Assembly: GCA_937921305.1 (NCBI GenBank)
Contig: CAKZSU010000006.1
Span: forward strand, 1,089 to 65,088
DNA from: an uncultured Patescibacteria group bacterium
Lineage (GTDB): Bacteria; Patescibacteriota; Microgenomatia; UBA10105; UBA927
DNA: 64,000 nucleotides
Direction of reading: 5' to 3'
Under the pieces are notes generated by a model. It did no database searches and had not been told where the DNA came from. It was given only the letters and a program-made list of their open reading frames with translations. Within the stretch, counting starts at the first letter, position 1, and each line of letters begins with the position of its first letter. Shown here piece after piece: positions 1 to 9,450 of this stretch. A program made the translations under genes and the position numbers.

Positions 1-339
1 AGCATATCGTGAAAAAACATTCATCTTCTTTTCAATACTTCTTTTGGATTCGATAACTTCATCGCTATCTAAAAACATAATATATCTTCCACGCGCATGA
101 ATAAATCCGAGATACTTTGCGTAAGCTGGAAAAATTTTCTCATTGTAAAAGATTCTACAATGATATGATTTTGCTATATCTATAGTATTATCCGTTGACC
201 CACCATCTACAATAAAAATTTCAATTTTTTTAGATGGAAAAGTCTGATGGTTGATCGAATCTAAAACAAAAGGGAGTAATTTCGCAGAGTTTAATGTTGC
301 TATAACAATTGTTAATTCTGGAGATCTTCTGTCGTTCAT
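1..339 (-). CDS. GT2 glycosyltransferase, N-terminal part (runs off the left edge)
   Basis: Manual translation from ATG at 339: MNDRRSPELTIVIATLNSAKLL...IFIVDGGSTDNT...ARGRYIMFLDSDE, with GT2 nucleotide-binding and DxD motifs; not in the ORF track because it is truncated. Confidence 0.85.
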   Translation of the reverse strand, partial: MNDRRSPELTIVIATLNSAKLLPFVLDSINHQTFPSKKIEIFIVDGGSTDNTIDIAKSYHCRIFYNEKIFPAYAKYLGFIHARGRYIMFLDSDEVIESKRSIEKKMNVFSRYA

Positions 340-349
340 TTAATATCAT

Positions 350-1453
350 TTAAAGAAAATTAACAATAATTTCTGATGGTCTTTTTCTTAAGGAGATTTT
401 TCTCCTTTGAAATTTATGATAATTATTTATAAATTCTTCTATTATTCCAATATTATTTTTACTTAAGACAACATTTTGACCTAATCCTTCGATTCGCTCA
501 GTAACATTTCTCAACAAGAGACAAGGTTTGCCCATGTAATACAATTCTTCCTGATTGCTTCCACCATCAGTTATAACAAATTCAGAATTTTCGAATAAAT
601 GAATAAAATCAACATAAGGAAGACGAGAAATTCTTATGATTCTTTTCGAAATTTCTAAGGGCAAAACTTGAGATAGTAGTTTAATAAAACTATTAGAAAG
701 ATCGTGAGCTAAAAAGACACAATAAAAATTAGAAGGAACAATATCTAAAACTTTGCTTATAACCTCTACCATTTTTTTCTTTCCGAAAACAACATGTTCT
801 TGTCTGTGAACAACAAGGACAAAATATTTTTTATTATTTTCTTTAAGAGTTGTAACTAAAGGATGGATGCTTCTTTTTTTGATAGCGTTTAAATATATTT
901 CTATGAGCGTATTTTGATAAGTATTCAATTTTTTCCCTCCTTTATTTTGAAGATTTTTCATTGCCCATTCATTTGGACAACAATGCACATCTGCCAAAAA
1001 AGAGATAATATATCTACTCATTTCTTCTGGAAAAGGCTCAAAAAAATTAAAAGATCTCAATCCTGATTCAATATGAACAAGTTTCAAACCATATATCTTA
1101 GCAATAAAAGATCCAATAACAGAAGAAATAGTGTCTCCATGAACAATAAAGATTGAATTTGACTTATTTAAACCATGAAATGCATCGCGCATTCCTATTA
1201 ATAAAGATATAAATGCTCTGACTGCCCATAGAAAAAATAACAACAAACAAGAATCTTTTGATTTTGGAGTAACAGCATATACAATGTCTGAATTCTTTAT
1301 AGAATCAGCAAATTCTTCAAATTGAACATCGTTTTGACCCGAAGTAATGATCATGAATCGCAACGATCTTTTGTTCATTTCTTTAATAAGAGGAATAAGT
1401 TTAATTAATTCCGCTGTTGTTCCTATAAAAAAAAATATTTTTTTATGCTTCAT
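350..1453 (-). CDS. UDP-N-acetylglucosamine 2-epimerase family protein (divergent WecB/NeuC-like)
   Basis: GTTAELIKL, VHGDT, HIESGLRS, PFPEE, VHRQE, TDGGSNQEE, LRNVTERIEG match the epimerase_2 family motifs. Confidence 0.88.
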   Translation of the reverse strand: MKHKKIFFFIGTTAELIKLIPLIKEMNKRSLRFMIITSGQNDVQFEEFADSIKNSDIVYAVTPKSKDSCLLLFFLWAVRAFISLLIGMRDAFHGLNKSNSIFIVHGDTISSVIGSFIAKIYGLKLVHIESGLRSFNFFEPFPEEMSRYIISFLADVHCCPNEWAMKNLQNKGGKKLNTYQNTLIEIYLNAIKKRSIHPLVTTLKENNKKYFVLVVHRQEHVVFGKKKMVEVISKVLDIVPSNFYCVFLAHDLSNSFIKLLSQVLPLEISKRIIRISRLPYVDFIHLFENSEFVITDGGSNQEELYYMGKPCLLLRNVTERIEGLGQNVVLSKNNIGIIEEFINNYHKFQRRKISLRKRPSEIIVNFL

Positions 1454-1553
1454 AACATAGAAAAAATGATTTTTAAATTTATATTGTTATTCTTAACAAA
1501 TCTTAAAAATCATAAAAGATAAATAAAAATAATAACGTCTTTCCATAATTTAT

Positions 1554-2342
1554 TTAATAAGAAATAGCTAATCTTCTAAAAAAATTCATAAAAGCAACTC
1601 TTTTTTTCCATGGAATGGATAACACAAGTGTAAATATTAAAGCGCTCATCTTACTTAATAAAAATTCTGATCTAGTTTGTACACTTCTAGAAGAGGAACA
1701 TAAAATGTTCTCATTCTGAGAAAAATATGAAAAAGCTTCTCTAGAAATCTTCCCTTTTTCAACAACCCTTAAAAAGGTAAATAAAGGAATCATGTATGTG
1801 TAATATCCATCAAAATACGAAGATCTATAAGAACCCATAATTTCAAAATTCCAAGGATTTTCTCCCGGTATCAATAATTTTTCTAAATGACTTTTTTTCC
1901 AAAAACCTTCAATAATAACCCTATAGGGCACTCCTTTTTCATAATAACCAAATATGTTATTTTCTAAAAATACTCCATCGGGAGATATAAAAGGAGAAAA
2001 ATGGATATGATTCGCTTTTCTATCAATCATAAATTCGAAACATGTGTAAAAATTTTGTGTTTGCACATAATCAGCAAGAAAGAAATCTTCTAACCAAATA
2101 AAAAGATACTCTTCTTTTATTTGACTTAGAATTCTTAGTAAATCTGTTGACCAATCAACGCCTTCACCTGACAAAACAGTTTTGACTCGAAGAGAACGAT
2201 TATTATGTGATACTGTGTTGCTTCCTAAATAAATCTTAAAAGGACAGCCTGACCAATATTTATTAAATAAATAGAAGAAAGGATCCCATAAGTCAGAATA
2301 TTTATCACAGGACAATACAAGAATAGCACATTTATCTTTCAT
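1554..2342 (-). CDS. Conserved hypothetical protein of polysaccharide loci, probable GT-A-fold glycosyltransferase
   Basis: VLSCDKYSDLW, WLEDFFL (DxD-like), ENPWNFE; context among GT genes. Confidence 0.55.
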   Translation of the reverse strand: MKDKCAILVLSCDKYSDLWDPFFYLFNKYWSGCPFKIYLGSNTVSHNNRSLRVKTVLSGEGVDWSTDLLRILSQIKEEYLFIWLEDFFLADYVQTQNFYTCFEFMIDRKANHIHFSPFISPDGVFLENNIFGYYEKGVPYRVIIEGFWKKSHLEKLLIPGENPWNFEIMGSYRSSYFDGYYTYMIPLFTFLRVVEKGKISREAFSYFSQNENILCSSSRSVQTRSEFLLSKMSALIFTLVLSIPWKKRVAFMNFFRRLAISY

Positions 2343-2383
2343 GAAAAATTATCCTGTTTCTATAAAATTAATGAAACAAAGAA

Positions 2384-3439
2384 TTATTCATAAAAAGTCC
2401 TTCCAATTGCTTGATAAAAATAATATCTGAATGGAGTTTTTTTAACGGTTCTTTTCATATACCACTTATCCGAAACTTTGCGAATATTTTTTTGTATATA
2501 ACATCTTTTCCTTATTGTATCTTTGATATGCACCATATTCCAAAGCAACGCTTTTTGAACGGAAAAAAATATTGAAAACGTTCCTTTGATGGCATGCAAC
2601 AACGCATACACTTCGCACGCAATAATGTGAACAGGTAATATCGTGACTAATGATATGATTTCTAAATTTTTAAGATAGCTTGCGATTCTATTCTTGAACG
2701 AATGGTATTGAATAAACGCTTTATTCATGGTTTCACTTGTGCCTCCCATTTTATGATAAATAACGGCATCTGGAACATAGACAATCCTTTTCCCTGACAA
2801 CCATATCCGATTCGCCATATCTGTTTCCTCAAAATATGCAAAAGCTTCTGGATCAAATAACTTACCATCAACCAAGACATTTTGAAGAGCGGATCGCTTA
2901 AATATCATACACGCTCCCTTTGGAGTAAAAATATCAATACTTTTTTCATATATCTTGTTCACTCGATTCATAAAACAGTAATGATACAAAAAACCTGTCG
3001 ATGTTAAAAACGCTCCTATTGTATCGTATCTATCCCTATCGTTCATGAGAAGAATTTTGCTTTGCGCGCCGGCAATTGTATCATCCTTTTCTATCGCACT
3101 AACAAGATTATTCACAAATTCCGATTCCACTTCGACATCGTTATTCAAAAATAAAACATACGCGCCTCTTGATACTTCAAACCCTCTATTATTCGCTTCC
3201 GCGTATCCAAGATTCTTATCAATAGAAATAATAGAAACATCTGGGAAATGCTCGCTCACCCATTCTTTTGTGCCGTCTGTTGAAGAATTATCGACAAGAA
3301 TAATTTCAAACGGTCTATAAGAAACTCTGAACAAAGAAGGAATGCTTTTTTTTAACCAATGCAATCCATTCCATGAAACGATAATAATGGAAACTAATTC
3401 CCTATTTTTTTTATTATCGACTCTTTTTTTTTTACTCAT
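2384..3439 (-). CDS. GT2 glycosyltransferase (WbbL/rhamnosyltransferase-like)
   Basis: IIIVSWNG, VDNSSTDG, NLGYAEANNRG, LFLNNDV, FAYFEETD, IYHKMGGT. Confidence 0.9.
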   Translation of the reverse strand: MSKKKRVDNKKNRELVSIIIVSWNGLHWLKKSIPSLFRVSYRPFEIILVDNSSTDGTKEWVSEHFPDVSIISIDKNLGYAEANNRGFEVSRGAYVLFLNNDVEVESEFVNNLVSAIEKDDTIAGAQSKILLMNDRDRYDTIGAFLTSTGFLYHYCFMNRVNKIYEKSIDIFTPKGACMIFKRSALQNVLVDGKLFDPEAFAYFEETDMANRIWLSGKRIVYVPDAVIYHKMGGTSETMNKAFIQYHSFKNRIASYLKNLEIISLVTILPVHIIACEVYALLHAIKGTFSIFFSVQKALLWNMVHIKDTIRKRCYIQKNIRKVSDKWYMKRTVKKTPFRYYFYQAIGRTFYE

Positions 3440-4284
3440 GACAAAAAATGCTGATTATTTCTATATCTTCCAACAAGATATCCCAATGCGAGAGCAATCA
3501 TCTCAAGAGTTTTCAAAACAATAGTTCCGATAAAGATATGCACAATTCGAAAAGACAATCGAGGATTTTTTATAAACAAGAGAAATCTTTGGAAAAGACT
3601 CGATTGCTTCATAAAATTGTTTTTGTTCTCTATTTTTTTTCTAAAATTACTCATAGACAATCCATAATAAAATTTCTTTCTTAAATGAGATAAAAGATGT
3701 ATTCTTCCTTCATTGTGAATAATTACCTCGTTTATTCTTGAAATCGATTTTTCTCCGTAATGGAATATCAACCGTTGAGGAAGATCAAAATCTTCAGGAC
3801 CTGTTAACGACTCATCATACCCTTCTAATTCCCAGAAAACATCTTTCCTAAACGCTCTTGGCATCTCAATCCATGCAGCGCCAAGATAACTCTGCCTTTC
3901 ATACATTTTGCATGCTGACCAGAATCCAATCCCAATAGACTCCTCAGGAATAATAATTGCCTTAACATGTGGATCTTTCTTAAAGACAGCAATAATCTCC
4001 GAAAGAACACCATCGGACATCATCATGTCTGAATCTAAGAAAACGAGATATCTTCCTTTCGCTTTTTTCGCTCCAAAATTTCGCTGAGATGATCGCTCAA
4101 CACCATGAATATAAACTTTTTTTGTATATTGCTTCGCTATCTCTCGTGTTTGATCATGAGAATGATTGTCAACCACAATAATTTCAAATGATCTATATCG
4201 TTGTTTTCTCAAGCTTTCTAAAAGATTTTTCAAATGAAATTCTGAATTTTTTGTTGTGATGATAACGCTTACATCAACTCTCAT
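3436..4284 (-). CDS. GT2 glycosyltransferase
   Basis: SVIITTKN, VVDNHSHD, RNFGA, FLDSD, GYDE..GPEDFD; C-terminal hydrophobic segment. Confidence 0.9.
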   Translation of the reverse strand: MRVDVSVIITTKNSEFHLKNLLESLRKQRYRSFEIIVVDNHSHDQTREIAKQYTKKVYIHGVERSSQRNFGAKKAKGRYLVFLDSDMMMSDGVLSEIIAVFKKDPHVKAIIIPEESIGIGFWSACKMYERQSYLGAAWIEMPRAFRKDVFWELEGYDESLTGPEDFDLPQRLIFHYGEKSISRINEVIIHNEGRIHLLSHLRKKFYYGLSMSNFRKKIENKNNFMKQSSLFQRFLLFIKNPRLSFRIVHIFIGTIVLKTLEMIALALGYLVGRYRNNQHFLS

Positions 4285-4296
4285 AAATATGATTTA

Positions 4297-5610
4297 TTAC
4301 TGTTCGTTATACCCAAGAATTGTCCATATGTTTAAGATGAAAATCAATAGAAAAACAAAAATGATGCTTGCCAACTCTATTTTTCTAAACGCCTTATGAT
4401 GAAAAAAATAAGAGATTCCAGTAAGTCCGCACAGAATAAGAAACAATCGATATGCTCCATAAGAAAATCCAAAGAATGGCTCCCATGTGTTTTGAAACAA
4501 TGATAAACCAATCACTGTCGATGAAAAGAATAAAAACAACGATCGATATTTCAACGCATCGATAAATACAACAGCTAACGCAATAGCGAGAAAGGGATAA
4601 AAGGGATATCGATACCAGCCATGACCTGGCTCATTCGGAATGCCGAAGATATAAATCGCGAAGTAAGAAAGCAAACCAAAAATGATAACCGCGTGTCGTT
4701 TCGTGTTTGAAAGAAGGATAAAAAACGCAAACCACCCCGCGTATAACCATCCATCCAAAAATGATCGATCAACAAGCATTGGATTCGTGAATAAAGAAAA
4801 CACACCGTCGAATGTTATATCGTATCGATGCAATTGAAATCGCCAAAGATTGATAAACACTTCCCAGTCCCATAGATACCCCCAAAGAAAGTACAGAGAA
4901 AAAATACCAGCAACCAAACAAATGTATTGAATTACCCTTGCGTACATACGATGATAGAACAGGAGAAAAGATCCGCCTATTGCCGCCGACCACCAAGGAA
5001 CTTTCGCAAGCGTAAGCAAACCAGCGACAATCGCGCTTCCATAAAAATATCGAGTTCGTTTTACCTTTATATATTTAACCATCGCATACAACACCAAAAG
5101 AAATCCTGGAATAAAAAAATTCTCGTTTTGAACAATCCGAGAACCTACAACAACGGTAGGGATAATCGCGTATAAAAATGAGGAAACGAGCCCAATCTCA
5201 TCACCATACATCTCTCGCGCCAGAAGAAATACCATAAGAATACTCGATATCCCCAATATCAATGCCAATCCTCGAATATGAGAAATATCAACAGTGCGCA
5301 TATCTTTTGCCCCCGAGAATAATGCGTAGCTTCCGACAATGAGTCCAAATAATGGCGGATGTTCAAGATATGGTTCGACAAGCCAATATGGCGTTCCCTT
5401 TTCACTCACATAGTGCGTTCGAAGTTTATATTGCGGATGAGGAGACCACGATACCGGCTTTCCTTTTTGAAGAATATTCATACCAAGCCATGTCCATGCA
5501 TATTCATCAAAAGTCGATCCTTCCCGTGGCCATGTGAGATAATTATGTCTTCTCAATAGAAATCCCAAGAAGAGAATACACAGCAAACTAATAATCGTAA
5601 TCTTTTTCAT
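4297..5610 (-). CDS. ArnT/PMT-like (GT83/GT39, GT-C) membrane glycosyltransferase
   Basis: Start refined to MKKITII (ATG 5610, ATGA overlap with the upstream GT4); TFDE after TM1, EHPPL motif, many TM segments. Confidence 0.8.
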   Translation of the reverse strand: MKKITIISLLCILFLGFLLRRHNYLTWPREGSTFDEYAWTWLGMNILQKGKPVSWSPHPQYKLRTHYVSEKGTPYWLVEPYLEHPPLFGLIVGSYALFSGAKDMRTVDISHIRGLALILGISSILMVFLLAREMYGDEIGLVSSFLYAIIPTVVVGSRIVQNENFFIPGFLLVLYAMVKYIKVKRTRYFYGSAIVAGLLTLAKVPWWSAAIGGSFLLFYHRMYARVIQYICLVAGIFSLYFLWGYLWDWEVFINLWRFQLHRYDITFDGVFSLFTNPMLVDRSFLDGWLYAGWFAFFILLSNTKRHAVIIFGLLSYFAIYIFGIPNEPGHGWYRYPFYPFLAIALAVVFIDALKYRSLFLFFSSTVIGLSLFQNTWEPFFGFSYGAYRLFLILCGLTGISYFFHHKAFRKIELASIIFVFLLIFILNIWTILGYNEQ

Positions 5611-6725
5611 ATTTGAAAGGATTGAATCGTCTTTTCCAACAATCCAAGACTTTGCTCTGTGACATCTTCCCATCGCAAGGAATGAACCCATCGTTTACCG
5701 TTTTCTTGAAATGTTTTATAGAGTTTTTTATTTCGAAGCAAAAAAACAGCTTGCTTTGCCAATTCCTCTGGAGAATTTTTTCGTATTACAATTCCAGTTT
5801 CTCCGTCCTTTACGACATCTCGAAGACCATGAACATTGTACACAACAGATGGCGTTCCTTGTTTTGCCGCTTCAAGAACAACAAGCCCCCATCCTTCTCG
5901 CATGGAAGCGTGCAATAAGATGTGAGATCTTGCCATAATTAACAACTTTTCATCTTCGGAAACTTTGCCAAAGAATGTTGTCGAATCCTGCAGATGTAAT
6001 TCTTTAATTATATCTTTTACCTTGTAAACATACCTCTCTTCTCCCGAACCGACGATAAATAGTTTCGCTTTGGGTTCTTCTTTTCTGATGTAGGAAAATG
6101 CTCGAATGACATCCTCCACCCCTTTCATTGGGACAATTCGACTCACAAATAAATATGTGGGATTCTTTTCTTTCTCTTCAGATTTTGTTTCATAGTGACG
6201 AAGAATTGGACATGGAATTGCGTGACATAGATTAGAAGATATCCCCACAGAAATTAATTCCTGAACCATTGATGGAGAATCTGTCCAGAACGGAATATTC
6301 CTTTTATTATATAAACGAAGCAAGCGAAGTTCTAACCACTTTCCAAACAAACTTATTGGAAAAGGAAATACCGTATCCCAGATATCGCCGGCGACTTCAT
6401 GAATAAACGCGACAGTGGGACGACGAAACACAAAGAATGAAAAAAACGGCAATCCATGAATTTCATCAACAATAATGTCATACGATGATGCATTGCGAAG
6501 AAGATACATGGCCGCAAAAATACAAAAAGAATACTCCCCTCCTTTTCGGATAACCCGAATTCCATCTCGAATCTCTAATGGACTTGCGGACGGAAAAGAA
6601 GAGGTAAAAAGATCAACTGCATGCCCCTTCGTAATCCATGCTTTTGCGTGTTCTTCTGTGACAATTTCCGCGCCGCCGGATTTTGGATGAGATGTGTCTC
6701 GCCAATTGAGAATCAATATATTCAT
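5607..6725 (-). CDS. GT4 glycosyltransferase
   Basis: LNWRD..HPKSGGAE, FVSRIVPMKG, REGWGLVVLEA. Confidence 0.92.
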   Translation of the reverse strand: MNILILNWRDTSHPKSGGAEIVTEEHAKAWITKGHAVDLFTSSFPSASPLEIRDGIRVIRKGGEYSFCIFAAMYLLRNASSYDIIVDEIHGLPFFSFFVFRRPTVAFIHEVAGDIWDTVFPFPISLFGKWLELRLLRLYNKRNIPFWTDSPSMVQELISVGISSNLCHAIPCPILRHYETKSEEKEKNPTYLFVSRIVPMKGVEDVIRAFSYIRKEEPKAKLFIVGSGEERYVYKVKDIIKELHLQDSTTFFGKVSEDEKLLIMARSHILLHASMREGWGLVVLEAAKQGTPSVVYNVHGLRDVVKDGETGIVIRKNSPEELAKQAVFLLRNKKLYKTFQENGKRWVHSLRWEDVTEQSLGLLEKTIQSFQI

Positions 6726-7528
6726 AAGCGTTTTTTTGAAAACGTAAGATTTGGATCGTTATGCCACCGAAAGATACTTTTGCTATCGTAATACCCAAGT
6801 AATCGCAACTTTAAGAAGATATCGATCGTGTCTCTCAGCATGCGGAGTATAACTCTCCATGTATTCCACCCTGTAATGCTTGAACCAACTTTTGAGAAAT
6901 CAAGTTCTACCGGAGATTCATAAATTCTTGTATATCCCAAATGATTCGTGACAGCGAGTAATTCAATATCAAATGAAAATCCATCATGAGACATTCTTGG
7001 CAAGACGTCCTCAAGAACTTTCCGCTTATAAATTTTTAATCCAACCTGTGTATCTCTTACTTGCAATCCAAATAACACTTTTACCAGTAATTGATATCCA
7101 AATGACAAAATAGTTCTATGCCATGGATATGAAACTTTTGACGCCGGATGACGTTTACTCCCAACGATAATATCCGCGTTATACCACCGCATATGTTCAA
7201 GAAGCATAGAAATGCCAGACTCTCGAATTTCTCCTCCAGCATCGATAAACGCGACGACATCTCCACGCGATCTCGCCATTCCATATCGAACCGCGTAGCC
7301 CTTTCCTTTGTTTTGCTCATATCCATAAATTCTTAAGTGCTTATTTTTCACTTTTTTTGCTTGCTGAAGTGTGTTGTCAACAAATCCATCCACAACAACA
7401 ATCACTTCATATGGAAGGCGAGTCATGTCCAATTCCGCGATAATTGAAAGAAGATTTTTTTTTATCGTCTTTTCTTGGCGAAACACCGGGATAATGACGG
7501 AGAGAAATTCATTGGAATGATTTTCCAT
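6722..7528 (-). CDS. GT2, polyprenol-phosphate glycosyltransferase (DPM/DPG-synthase-like)
   Basis: Start refined to MENHSNEF (ATG 7528); NKGKGYAVRYG, IIVGSKR, DTQVGLK, FSFDIELL. Confidence 0.85.
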   Translation of the reverse strand: MENHSNEFLSVIIPVFRQEKTIKKNLLSIIAELDMTRLPYEVIVVVDGFVDNTLQQAKKVKNKHLRIYGYEQNKGKGYAVRYGMARSRGDVVAFIDAGGEIRESGISMLLEHMRWYNADIIVGSKRHPASKVSYPWHRTILSFGYQLLVKVLFGLQVRDTQVGLKIYKRKVLEDVLPRMSHDGFSFDIELLAVTNHLGYTRIYESPVELDFSKVGSSITGWNTWRVILRMLRDTIDIFLKLRLLGYYDSKSIFRWHNDPNLTFSKKRL

Positions 7529-8762
7529 ATCGGTAGTATAGCAAAAGAACAAGGGTAAGAATTCCTGAAACAAACGATATGCTAACAATCACTTCATAGA
7601 GCGACGCATGAAAAAATAAAATGACAACAGAATGCACTATGCTTCCTATAAAAACAAGAAATCCAGCAATCGTTTTATTGATCGCAAGACAAACTGTCAT
7701 TAAATAATTCAGCATGGTAACAAACGCCATAAAGACGCCATATTGACTAATATATTGATTTGCATTCATAAACGCTTCCCCAAATAGGATTCGTATAACA
7801 AACTCTCCGAGAAACATATACATCCCAACAATTGCTGATGAAAGAATCGCAACAGAAAACAAACCAAAGTAAAACAAACTCGCGTATGGAATGCTCTTTT
7901 CCTTTCGTTCAGCAATCATTGGAAAAACAACAATAACGATTGGCGAAGCAGCAAAAAAAATAATTTTGCCAAATATCGTCAACGACGCGTAAATACCAGC
8001 TTCGGTCGCATCAAAAAAATGCTTTACCCAAATCACATCCATATTAAAAAACGCTGTCATGCCGAGCGTTGAAAACAATACGGGCACCGCGAATGAAAAA
8101 ACAGTTGAGAATTTTATCTGTATCCGTTCAGCTGGTTTCGCGAAAAGAAAACGAACGGAAAGCGCGTAAAATACTATGGCAATATATTCAGACATTGCGT
8201 TTCCAAGGATTGTAAGAGGAACGCTGATTGGCGCAAACGCTATACCGGAGAGCAATCGAAGAAATGTCAAAATAGACATATTCAAACTCGACAAAAAAAA
8301 TCGTTGATATCCATTTAATAAAGAAGAAAATACCGCGATCCCAAACGAGCCAACAACAGTAATATATAAATAAATAAAACTATCAAATCGATAGATGTGC
8401 GTTAAGCGCTGAAGAAACGGAAGGAAAAATAAAAATATAGGAAATGCAAGCAATGAAAGACCGATAATCCATCGCATGGTTTTTACAAATAACGAACGAG
8501 CCTCTCCAATATGATCTCTTGCTTTATAGATAGAAAAATACTTTGTTAACACGATTTGAAGAACATTCGCGGGAACGCTAAATAAAAAGAGAAAAGAAAT
8601 AAGTGTGGCAAATTCGCCATATTGTTCCGGACCAAAAATTCTTATAACAACAAGCTGATAAAGATATGCTCCAAAATTTATAATCATTGTTCCAAAAAAC
8701 ATAATGAAACTATTTCGGGCTGCTGGATTACGAAAGAGATGAAGAACGTTTTTGAAGATCAT
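7509..8762 (-). CDS. Wzx-type oligosaccharide flippase (MOP superfamily)
   Basis: About 12 hydrophobic segments; RIFGPEQYGEF, DVIWVKHFF..EAGIYA, FPMIA; start taken at ATG 8762. Confidence 0.85.
   Translation of the reverse strand: MIFKNVLHLFRNPAARNSFIMFFGTMIINFGAYLYQLVVIRIFGPEQYGEFATLISFLFLFSVPANVLQIVLTKYFSIYKARDHIGEARSLFVKTMRWIIGLSLLAFPIFLFFLPFLQRLTHIYRFDSFIYLYITVVGSFGIAVFSSLLNGYQRFFLSSLNMSILTFLRLLSGIAFAPISVPLTILGNAMSEYIAIVFYALSVRFLFAKPAERIQIKFSTVFSFAVPVLFSTLGMTAFFNMDVIWVKHFFDATEAGIYASLTIFGKIIFFAASPIVIVVFPMIAERKEKSIPYASLFYFGLFSVAILSSAIVGMYMFLGEFVIRILFGEAFMNANQYISQYGVFMAFVTMLNYLMTVCLAINKTIAGFLVFIGSIVHSVVILFFHASLYEVIVSISFVSGILTLVLLLYYRYGKSFQ
7535..7543 (-). promoter_or_regulatory. Extended -10 element (TGcTATACT) 6 nt before the ATG at 7528; probable leaderless promoter
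   Basis: Minus strand reads TGC-TATACT-accgat-ATG. Confidence 0.5.
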
Positions 8763-8763
8763 A

Positions 8764-9450
8764 TTAATCAATAAATCGATATTTTATTAATGTCCATACG
8801 GCGCTAACCCCATCCCTCCATGTTAACTTTTTTCCTTCTTCAAATTTTCTTCCCAAATATGAAATAGGAACTTCATAAATTTGATATCCTCTTTTCAAGA
8901 GCTTTGCCGTAACTTCTGGCTCAAAATCAAATCGTCTCGCTCGAAGACGAAGATCTTTGATGACTTCTCTTCTAAATAACTTGTATCCTGTTTCCATATC
9001 GGTGATATTCGAGTTGTATATAACATTTGTGAGAAATGTGACAAATTTATTCCCTATCGTGTAAAGAAACATCGTTGAAAGATGAGATCCTAAAAATCTA
9101 GATCCATAAACAACATGAACGCGGGGATTATTGAATGGTTTCAACAATTGTTCATAGTCATCCGGCGTATATTCAAAGTCAGCGTCTTGAATCAACAAAA
9201 TATCTCCTGTCGCTTTTTTAAATCCTCTACAGACAGCGTATCCTTTTCCGTAATTTCTATCCAAAAAAATAATCCTGTGCTTTTTTACATATTTTTGCAA
9301 TACATCTCTCGTGCCATCGGTCGAACCATCATCGATGATGATAAGTTCTTTTCTCCAACCCGGAATATGTTTTTTTGAAACAACCTCGAGCACGAGATCA
9401 ATCATCGATCGTTCGTTATATACCGGAATAATAATCGAAACCTTTTTCAT
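8764..9450 (-). CDS. GT2, polyprenol-phosphate glycosyltransferase (DPM-synthase-like)
   Basis: IIPVYNE, IDDGSTDGT, NYGKG, IQDADFEY, YGSRF, TDMETGYK, FDFEPEVT, EGKKLTWRDG. Confidence 0.92.
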   Translation of the reverse strand: MKKVSIIIPVYNERSMIDLVLEVVSKKHIPGWRKELIIIDDGSTDGTRDVLQKYVKKHRIIFLDRNYGKGYAVCRGFKKATGDILLIQDADFEYTPDDYEQLLKPFNNPRVHVVYGSRFLGSHLSTMFLYTIGNKFVTFLTNVIYNSNITDMETGYKLFRREVIKDLRLRARRFDFEPEVTAKLLKRGYQIYEVPISYLGRKFEEGKKLTWRDGVSAVWTLIKYRFID

